Source: Eledone cirrhosa | Lineage: Eukaryota | Length of the DNA: 64,000 bases | Assembly: GCA_964016885.1 (NCBI GenBank) | Contig: OZ024743.1 | Coordinates: 338,830,001-338,894,000, forward strand | Reading direction: 5' to 3' | Part shown: positions 54,030 to 64,000 of the stretch, piece after piece | How the letters are laid out: every line of letters begins with the position of its first letter | How positions within the stretch are numbered: the stretch's first letter is position 1 | The notes under the pieces: generated by a model | Seen by the model: the letters and a program-made list of their open reading frames with translations, nothing else | Databases searched by the model: none | What the model was told of the DNA's origin: nothing | Program-made: the position numbers and the translations under genes

Positions 54030-55610
54030 TTCTTCACCCACTTATTCATGGGTGTAGGGTCTTCAAGCATGCCTTCCAGCAATTCCTGTCTTAAGCAACT
54101 GTCTCCAATTGATCCGGCTGGAGTTCATGGATGTTATCCAAACATCTTGCTCAGAGCCTACCCCCTGGATCTCCTGCTGGTTGGTTTTTCCCATAAAATC
54201 GGTCCAGCGATTCTTTCCTGAGGCATGCCTTTAATATCGGAGATGTGATCTCTCAATTTGGAGAAGTAGTGGCTTTAACTGGAGTGACACTCTGATCTCC
54301 AAGTTATGCTCTTTATCGAGTTACATTACTCCCAAAACCCTTCAGAGGAAAAACCCATTTTGGCCACTTGTATTTGCAATCATATTCTCTTGGTCATTAC
54401 CCAAGACTCATGACCATAGGTAAGAGTTGGCATGAATACTGTATTGAAGATAGCAAGTTTGAATTTTACACCTACCTCCCTTCTGATTACCGAATGCTGA
54501 AACTGGTGCATTACTGCACCAGCACCTGCAATTCTTGCACTTAATACAGCCTACTGCCTTCCATCACTGACGAACATAGCCCCAAAATACTTAAACTTCT
54601 CCACCAGCTTCAGTGGCACTCCATTCACATGTAGAGTGCACTCCACAAGCTTCCTGAAGAGAACAAGTGACTCGGTCTTCACTACACTGATTTTTCATTC
54701 CTGCCATATAGCACTCAACAGAAAACCTATCAAGTGCATTTTGGAAATCACCTTCTCACGAGTTAAGTAGTACCATGTGTCTGCAAATTCCAACCAGCTG
54801 ATCCTACACTTCCCAGTCTTGATATCTCTTCCAACCTGACTACGCATGTCAATCCCCTATGAAGATTACGAACAGGAGAGGTGACTGTACACACCCTTAT
54901 CTGAGTCTGAAACCCACATTAAATAGTACCATTTATCTGAACACAAATACTATGGCATTCATATAGACATCAGGTTCCCCTCTCTTCTGAGAGGTGCATC
55001 CTCATGAGGTGGAGAGTATACTTTTCAGATCTCCTAAACCCAGTCACAACAGCAGCATCTGATTTACATGAGGCGCATCTGGGAGCAATAACTAACCTCA
55101 TGGAGGATGAGGTCACAAGAGCAATTAAAGAGCTCAAATGTAGCAAGGCCTCTGAAGAGGATGGAATGTGGCCTGAGATGATAAAAGCCTTAAATAGAGA
55201 AGGTATTCTCTGGCTGACCCGTGTCCTGGGTGGCCTGAATCTCTGCAAAAACAATGGCAATTGGAAGTGATAATTCCAATTTTCATAAAGGGAGACAAGA
55301 GATTACTCCAGTTACAGAGGGATCTCCTTGTAAGCCTCCCTGGTAAAGTTTATGCTAAGTCTCTGACAAAGAGATGTAAGGAAATTGTCAAGTCCAAGCT
55401 AGATAATGAACTGTGCTAGATAATGAATCATGGACGCAGCAAAGCTGACCAAATACTGCAGCAGGACTTCCAGAAATCGTGGGAGTATTACCAAGAGGTA
55501 TATAGGTATATGCCTATTTCGTAGACCTTGAAAAGGCATATGACCGCTTTCCAAGAGACCTGTTGTGGGAGGTTCTGCTGGAGTATGGGAGCAATGGACA
55601 GCTATGAACA
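54030..55610 (-). mobile_element. Degenerate RTE-like LINE with an inverted 5' segment (54970-55610 on +)
   Basis: The minus part carries the RT C-terminal half; the plus part reads RWRVYFSDLLNP...YRGISL...FVDLEKAYDR...LLEYG. Confidence 0.7.
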
Positions 55611-56239
55611 AGGTAACTGATGAAATTAAAATTTCTTGTGGTTGACATGAGGAAGTGCATCTTATCATAGAAACTAATCATGGAAAGACAAATAGATGAT
55701 GATGATGATGGTGGTGTCCAAGCCAGCTGGCAACCACAAAGAGTATGAGAATTGTAAGACAAAAAAAAATGAGAAGAAATTAGAATTTATAAATTTCTGA
55801 ATATGATAAAAATGTTTATTAAATAATTACAAGTGTTTGTGTGTATTAAACTGTACAGGTGAGCTTAGACAATTATATTCTCTTCACTTTCTGGGATGGG
55901 GTCAGGGAGGGGTTATTTGTCTTTAAGTGTGTGTTTTCAGTTAATTTGATTCTTTTTAAAATATTTATATATCACATAGTCGAGGGGCTGGAGCAGGCAG
56001 AGGATCAAAGAGGAAAAGATGAGGAAGAAGAAGACAAAATAGAGGAAAGAAATGATGAAGAAGAGGAAAAAAAGAAGACATAGTTAGAAAGAAAAAGGAT
56101 AAGAAGGAAGGGAGAGCCATGGAATGAAGGTAAGGATGAAGAAGATGAGGGAATGTAAGAAGGAGAAAGAAAAGGAAAAAGAGGAGGAAAGAAAAAAGAA
56201 GAAGAAAGTTATGCCGGGAAAAATAAATTTACGAAAGCA

Positions 56240-59200
56240 TTAGATTAATCGGAAATCACAGACAAGAGAAAGATGGTCAGATGGATAAGAATGTGAAGGT
56301 AGACGGTTCTGTCCGATATCTTTGTCTGTGGGTAGGTCTAGCAATGAAATAACTTCCAGAGAGCCCTGACTGCACCAGATATAGTCAATTGTCCGACATA
56401 TTTCCACTTGTCCTGTTGGTGTGTCTCTCACTTTCCATGTTGTGTATGATGGCTCGCTGCCTTCTTCAGACAACTTTGTGTATGCACTAAACAGCTTAAG
56501 ATCATCATTTATGTAAGACTGGTAGACCTTCTCCATCGGGTCAGCATTGAAGTCTCCGCAGATGATAACTGGCCACGTTAGAGCTTTCTCCCGAACGTAA
56601 TCCAAGATGAACATACCTTCTTCGTGCCGTAAATTGTCGAAGCCGAGTTTTGCTTTCAAATGGGTGACAATGACTGAGAATTTATCTTTGCCTTCTTCAG
56701 CACCAGAGTTAATCTTAAACAAGCAGTGTATAGCTACTTGGTTTGTCAATTGTCCATTCATTGTTTTCAGACCAAGTTTCTGGTAATCCAACAGTTTTAA
56801 GCAATCTTTTCGATAAAAGAGAGCACAGCCATCAGGTCCTATACAGTTGCTGTAATATAGACAAGGGGAATTTGGTTTGGGCTGGAAAATACCAGAATAA
56901 CCAACAGATGTCAGCTGTGAAGAGAGGAAGTCATAGTGATCAACTTCTTGTAAACAAATAAGGTCTGGATTGTTCTTTATAATTCCTTCTAAGATGCGAA
57001 ATTTGCGTGTGTCCCATGAGAGGGCACTCAGAGGACACAGGATAAAATTGTCTGTTCCTGTTGACAATGCTGTAATAGATAGAAATCATTTCAATATAGA
57101 AATAAGAGAATTATAGTGAACACAGGCAATTCTATCTTTTTCACTTTTCTATCTATCTACGAAATGTCAATCTACCTGTCTATCTGCCTATCTACCTATC
57201 TACCTGTCTATCTATCTGTCTACCTACCTATCTACCTACATACCTATCTATCTGCCTACCTATCTATCTACCTACATACCTATCTATCTGTCTACCGACC
57301 TACATACCTATCTATCTGCCTACCTACCTATCTGCCTGTCTATCTGCCTACCTACCTACCTATCTATCTGCCTACATACCTATCTATCTGCCTATCTACC
57401 TATCTATCTGTCTACCTACCTATCTATCTGCCTACATACCTATCTATCTGCCTACCTACCTATCTATCTGTCTACCTACCTATCTACCTACCTATCTATC
57501 TGCCTACCTACCTATCTACCTACCTATCTACCTACCTATCTATCTGTCTACCTATCCCTCAATTTATATATATGTGTGTGTGTATTATAAAGAGTCGGGG
57601 CCATACTCTACTATCCTAAGTATTGAGTTCTCTGTTGAGTAATGGTCTAACTAGTTTTAAACTGGTTCTGTCTTGATATATGTGTGTGTGTGTCTGTCTA
57701 TAAAGCTATCTACACACGCTGAGGCTACGCCATCCCCAGGTATTCCTGACCGGTGTGGCTGTCGTTTGTGAGACAAGCTCTTCCAAAACTCGTCTCACTA
57801 ACAGAGCTGCAGTCCTAGGTCATGCGAAGACTGAAAATGGGTGCCTGGCACCTCGAGTGCCTTCATGCACTCACAGCCCTCTACCAAGCGGAAACGGCAA
57901 TCAGCAGAAACTCCACTTCGACATTCTATAGGGGATTAGTGGAGGATAAGTGCGACAACGTTCTTGGGGAAACACCAGGCATCGAGGAGGATGAACTGAC
58001 CAATCTGTTCGTGAGGACTTTCTGTCCAGGGCCTCTGGATAACTTCCAGAGGTCTCTGGCCTGGCAGTGCTACCAAGGAGCTCTACCAGTTCGATACAAA
58101 ATCTACAGGCACGGACGCCCTGGCAGAGATTCTGCCAAAAGGACCTGTCCAACATGCGAGCAAGACATCGAAACCATTCTGCACGCAATTGTTCAGTGCC
58201 CACGGGTAACCAACCTGTGAAATTATTTTGAACAGTTACTGTCACGTGTGGAACGCATCCAGTTGACAGCCAAGTCCATCGTGAGGTTTACCACGCCGCC
58301 TTCATTTAAGAACGAAGGAGAGGCGGTTTCCTCTGTCTGGTGGCTATGGCGACAGAGGTATTATGGTGGACGAGGTTAGAAGGACTGAGAACAAATACCT
58401 TTCTGTCCGGACAACAACTTATCCCCTTCTTTAAGTACCACTTCAGAAGGAAGGTGAGAGTGGAGAGAGAGGTGCTACACCCCAGTAAATTCGCTGAAAG
58501 GTGGGTGAATGTGGCGAAAATGGCCCGAGTGAATGGGCCTTCTCTGTATATAAACCTGTAGGTTGAGGAAGATAAACAGAGGGAAGACAGGAACACCTAC
58601 AAAATGTGTTCCTGGTGTTGAGGGTAGTTCTATCCACGGGGTGTAAAACAACCCTGCAGTAACGTTCTCCCCTATTGGGGATTTCAATTGTTATTTTATT
58701 ATATATAGTTTATTGTTATTTATTAATGTTAAAGTTATATGATTTTTATGTAAAACCCCCACCGTCACATCTTGTAATGTCCCATTTTTGTACGGCCCTG
58801 TGGCAAATAAAGAAAGATATCTATAAAGCTATCTGTCTACCTATCTCTATACCCTCATACACATGCTTTATCTATAAATCTCACACAGAAGGCTTTGCCA
58901 TGCCTAATCCAACTCTATGCATTCTCAGTTCAAATCAGGCCTCATCCTTGCCAAAAGTTGTAACCAAAAGGAAGTATCAGCAATGGAACAAAATATCAAT
59001 GAAAACATACTTTCCTTGGTTTAATCTGATGATTAGCTCATTTAAGAAACTTTGAATAATGTCCCAACCACTTAATGAGATCATCACCATCATCATCATT
59101 TAACATCTGTCTTCCCTGCTAGCAAGGGTTGGATAGGTCTTCACAGACCAAGTCAGTATTCAAGTGGAGCTGTTGACTTCTCAGATGTGCCAGGGACCTA

Positions 59201-59702
59201 CATCTTGTTTACATACATTCTGGTGCTCTACCAAGAGCATTTTATCATGACCCCAGCACTAGGGAGGTTGTCATGTCTTTGACACAGCTGAAGAGTACTT
59301 CTGACTTTGTTTGGTACAGCTGAAGAGCAGAAGATTCAACACATGAAACAGATGGAAGCAACACTTACATACATACTTGTGCTCTAGCAAGAGCATTTTA
59401 TCATAACCCCAGCACTAAGGAGTTTGTCATGTCTTTGACACAGCTGAAGAGTACTTCTGACCCTTTGTTTGGTACAGTTGAAGAGCAACACTTACTAATA
59501 CAGAAAGTTTATAGAGAAATTTACCATAAGCTAGGACATTCCATTGTAGCAGCCGTATTTTGGTAGCATTTTTATTCCTTTCTGTGGCAATTAGTGGCAA
59601 CTCGGTGAACTCTCTATTCATAAAATCAGGAAGACCCTTCTTCTTAGATTCATCTTCGATTTTCTTCAGTAGTTCTTTACATTTTTCATTGGCGTAAGGC
59701 AT
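56240..59702 (-). CDS. NOCT: Nocturnin (CCR4-like EEP NADP(H) phosphatase); exons 59702-59525 and 57069-56240, 335 aa, further upstream exons possible
   Basis: QWNVLAY-A-LS, DLICLQEVDH, PKPNSPCLY, GPDGCALFY, THLKA, ICGDFNA, EPSYTTWKVR, TIDYIW, RLPSHSYPSDHLSL; phase-1 GT-AG intron. Confidence 0.93.
57150..57556. repeat. (CTAT/CTAC)n compound microsatellite
   Basis: Direct inspection. Confidence 0.95.
57715..58815 (+). mobile_element. Tx1/L1-clade LINE 3' fragment in the nocturnin intron
   Basis: zf-RVT-like WQCYQGALPVR...TCPTCEQDIETILHAIVQCP; AATAAA near the 3' end. Confidence 0.75.
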
Positions 59703-61224
59703 GTTTGGGACCTGTGGATGGTAACATGAATACAGAAAAGAAATGGAAGCGTGAACACATATATACATACGTCTAACCCATACCAGCATTGGAAATAGAC
59801 ATAATGGGAAATAGGCACAAAGCCAACAATTTTGGGAGTAAGGGAAAAGTTGATTACATTGACTCCAGTATGTGACTGGTACCATATTTTCTTAATCCCA
59901 GAAGTATGAAAAGCAAAGTTGACCTCAGCAGGATATTAACTCCAAACTTAGATAGTAAAGAGGGGAAGAAAAGGTAAAGATGAGGAAATAGGAAGGAGGG
60001 GGGGGGGGGCATGAAGGGGAGAAATAGAAGGAATAGTGGAAAAGAGGTGGCAGAAGAGGTAAAGAGGGGGACAGATGAAGAAAGAGGGGGTGGAGAAACG
60101 AGGTAAATGGGGGAGAGGGAAAGAGAGAGAAGAGGGGGAAGAAGGGGTATGTTGGGATTTTATTAACCCTTTAGCATTTACATTATATATAGTATTATAT
60201 TTTCACAGTAAAAACTTTATCTCATATAATTATCTCACATAATATTGAATCTGAGATTCTGATATTATTTATTTTGAGAACAATACCTTAACATCAGTAT
60301 GAGTGGCCTGTTATGGCCAGTTTTAACAGAAAGAGGTGACAGAATTCTGGCCGGATATGGCCGATTTAAATGCTAAAGAGTTAATGACTAACTGTTCATA
60401 GAGACACTGCTTGTAAACCTACTAAAATCAATTTGTCCTGTGGTGTTCGAGACATTTAGAGTAGCTGGGCCGCAAACAATGAAGTTCTTGTCATCTTTGG
60501 CAGCTTACCTTACCAAGGTATCATGTGATGCCAGTGAAGGTACTTGTTGTTCCAGAGCATTAGCCTCATTATCACATCCAGCCAGTGTGTTAGATTGCCT
60601 CAGAAAGTATTAGTGACAGGCTCCGATATCCCTTGTGGTATGTGACTGATTGACAGACACACTTAGTGTTGAATCTATATTACTATGTAAAATATTTACG
60701 TAATGAAGTAATAAAGGTATATGTGTTGAATTTTAACAGCTATGACATTTGTGTTTGTAATTTCAAACTATTAAGAAATAACAGAAAAGAAAATTCCCAC
60801 CGAAGAAAATTGCGAGGCTGGGAAAATCTTTGTGAAGTTATAGTTATGTTCCAAATACCAGCTTAACCCTTTAGCATTTAAACCAGTCATAACCGGCCAG
60901 AATTTTCTCACCTCTTTCTGTTCAAACCGGCTAAAACTGGGTGCTCATACTTCTGTTAAGATATTGTTCTCAAAATAGATAATATCAAAATCGCATAGAT
61001 TCAATATTATGTGAGATAATTATGTCAGATAAAGGCTTTACCATGAAAATACAATAGTAAATATTGAGTAATGTAAATACTAAAGGGTTAATAATAAAAT
61101 AATTATATTACCATAACCTTTCAACTTCTTGATTATTTTCGAAATTATTTGTAAATTAGAAGCACGGTCTTTTATCAGAAATATTATAAGGAAAGAATTA
61201 TAAAGTTAGTTCCATTGATACATT

Positions 61225-62495
61225 ACTGGTGCAGGGTCCTCCAGATAAGGTCCTTGCAACCACGAAGATGATGATTGAGAAACTGAGTCGTAGGGGTCTT
61301 TATGTCAACAATTCCAAATGCAAGCTCCAGCCCCTCAACTATGCAGCTTCACATGAGCAGACTGTAAATCTGTCCTCCTCCTCTATCGTGGTCCTCCCTC
61401 ATCAGCGTGGTGCTCCCTTAAAGCCCCAATTACTGACCACCTTTCGTCTCTGTCTCTACCTTGCTTTCTCTCCTCCATCCACGCTTGCTCCTTTACAAGT
61501 GATATCCTCTCCTTTACAACAGACTAGTTCCACCAGGGAGATGGATGAAGCTTTACTACAGTGGAGAGCTGGGTTTATCAGTTCTTGATACTGATGAGGC
61601 TAGACGAAAGCAGAGAGTACAGGGCAATCTGTATTTGAGCGACACCTTCAACTCTCTCTTTGATCAAACTGATCAATTTTCAAGGTGTCACTTACTTTCT
61701 GCAAGGGCAAAGTTCTGGGTTGGTGCCCTGCCTGTGGCCAACAGGTGGACTTCTCAGTCAGGATGAGCTCCACATCTCTATTGCACTCCGAGCGGGAGCC
61801 AATGTCTGTGGGGGTCTGAGATGTCACTGTGGTAGGCCTCTCGATTCTACAGGCCTCCATGGTTTGTCTTGCTACCAGAATGCTGGTCGCTTCAAGCTAA
61901 ACCTTATCATTAAACAGGCCCTAGCTCATGTAAATATCCCCTCATTCCTGGAGCCAGCTGGACTATCCAGAATTGATGGGAAGAGACCAGATGGTCTTAG
62001 CCTTTGTCCCTGGGTAAGAGGCAGATGTCTTATCTGGGATGGCACAGTCGGTGACTCTTTTGCTCCCTCCAACATCATGGATGTCGTGGTAAATGTAAGG
62101 GTCATTGCTTCCGTTGCCAAACAGAATAAAATACTAAAATACTGGGATCTATCAAATAACAATTTTTTCGAGACGTTTGATGGAGCTGGGCTGCTGACAG
62201 CAAAGTTCTTGTCACCGTTAACGGCTCGCCTTACTGATGATGCCCGTGCGGGTGCTTGGTTGTTTCAGTACCTTAGCCACGGCATCACCTGCGGTAATGC
62301 TGCGAGCGTTGTTGGATTGCCTCAAATATTTTCGTTGATCCTTGTAGTGTGCGACCAATTGTCGCACTTGGTGGTGAATTGATGGTTGTTTTTGTTTTTT
62401 ACTTTTCTCACTTTAATCATATATTTTTGGCCATTATATTTGTGACGTTCATAGCAATAGTTAATTGTATTTATTAAATGTTTATATTTTCATTC
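61225..62495 (+). mobile_element. CRE-clade (restriction-like endonuclease) LINE 3' fragment
   Basis: CHCGRPLDSTGLHGLSC zinc knuckle, EPAGLSRIDGKRPDG..PW..G..LIWD RLE motif; its 3' UTR motif (gcacttggtggtgaattga) recurs at ~42820, 60660 and 63330. Confidence 0.8.
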
Positions 62496-62967
62496 TCAAA
62501 GAATTGTTAAACAATTTGTAATGTTACCTATACAACTGTGAATAAAACACTCCCTGTAAAGAGCATAAAATTGAAACAAAACATTGTTCACACACGCCAG
62601 TAACCTACAGATAGAGAGACAAACAGAGCAGGGAAAACATATACATAGACGACCAGAGCACATATATATTTTTTCTATTTCTATTTCGGTGTTCCAGCCG
62701 ATAGGTTGAGGCACCATATATACACATATATATATTGAAAAATTTGGTCCTCCAAGCCAACGAAACGTTACGTTCCTGGCATGGCTCCGCTGCAGTAACT
62801 GGCCTTAATAATTATATATATATATATATACGCACGCGCGTGTGTGTGGTTGACGGACGTGGGAATGAGTACTCAAAAAAGAATATATGAAGAAAACGAA
62901 GATGCAGTGACATAAAGTATTGTTTTCACGCTTAAAAGAGAGCGAGTTACAGTTACAAACACACACA

Positions 62968-63010
<43 letters not shown>

Positions 63011-64000
63011 GGGGGGGGGGTTAACTAATCTTATCGTTTAGCCCCAGGTCAACCCTTGATGGAATAGACCTATGATTGAGCGCATTGATTCCAGCCGTTA
63101 CTTTCCTTTTCATTCGTGTAAGTAACCCAGAATCACATTATCCTATGTGTTCTTTTCTAAGACGTTAGTTGTGATACGAGGGCGATTTGGCTGCTATTTC
63201 TAGCAAGGAGAACGATTGCATAGAGACTCATATTATAAAACTCCGTGTATACAGAATACTGCAATTACCATTATTTATTCGTAAATCTCCTCGTTCAAAA
63301 CGTAGAATTGGTGATGTGAGGCAGATTGTCGTACTTGGTGGTGAATTGATGGTCGCTTTTGTTTTTGTTTACTTTTTTGTCTCTCTGGCCATATATTTTG
63401 GTGTGTTATATTTGTAAGCTTCATAGTAATAGTTAATTGTATTTATTATATGTGTTTATATTTAAGTTTAAATTTTCATCTGCAAGAATTGTGAACAATT
63501 TGTAATGTTATTTATACAACTGTGAATAAAAACAAAAATTGCTGGTAAAAAAAAGAAGAAAAATGATAGATAAAAAAGTTTTGGCCATTTACGTGGGATA
63601 CTTATTCCGAAATTCCGCTTATATTTTCTTTTCTTTTTTGTTGTTGTTGTAAATACTGACGGAGGAGCCAGCCTCCTGGTAACTACTGTGTCTGATATTC
63701 TGTCTGACACTGTAGACAAACTGAAGATGAAGGAGCGACTGACAGACATACTACATATAAGAGATATTAAAAAGAAAAAGAACAAACCTTTGAAGAAGTT
63801 TCTGTTGTCGCCCAGCCTACTCAGCAATAACAACTATAGTTTCCTCAGTATATACCCCAATCCATGAAAAGCACTATGAAACCACAAACAATATGTTTAT
63901 GTATTATATGACCACATCTTAAGATACAGCGAAAATGTATTGTGTTCGGTGTGATTGATTTCCACTACTACCAAAGTGTTGGCTTTGTGTCTAAATTAGA

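Noticed and set aside
57116-57619. 167-aa YLPI-rich ORF
   Set aside because: Translation of a CTAT/CTAC microsatellite
60510-60600. Candidate upstream nocturnin exon (…EQQVPSLASHDTL|gtaag)
   Set aside because: Good donor, but no convincing acceptor or start and an in-frame stop just upstream; may be a UTR exon but unsupported

Overview
Repeat-rich, intron-containing animal genomic DNA, probably a cephalopod such as an octopus (inferred from the RTE LINEs and CORE/Meta-type tRNA-SINEs). Four host genes can be reconstructed by manual splicing. (1) The 3' part of DNAJA3/Tid1 (+) with two alternative C-terminal exons. (2) A small single-RRM gene (-). (3) A five-exon gene (+, 44760-51143, 459 aa) joining a Mutator/MULE-type zinc DNA-binding domain (ZSWIM3_N/FAR1-like) in frame to a catalytically decayed 5-hydroxyisourate hydrolase/transthyretin domain; this is the main candidate novel system. 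(4) Nocturnin (-). The rest is RTE, CR1, Tx1/L1, CRE and Penelope-like retroelements (some with minimal hammerhead ribozymes), SINEs, piggyBac/hAT MITEs and tandem repeats. Exon models rest on GT-AG sites, reading phase and recognisable protein motifs; no transcript data were available.
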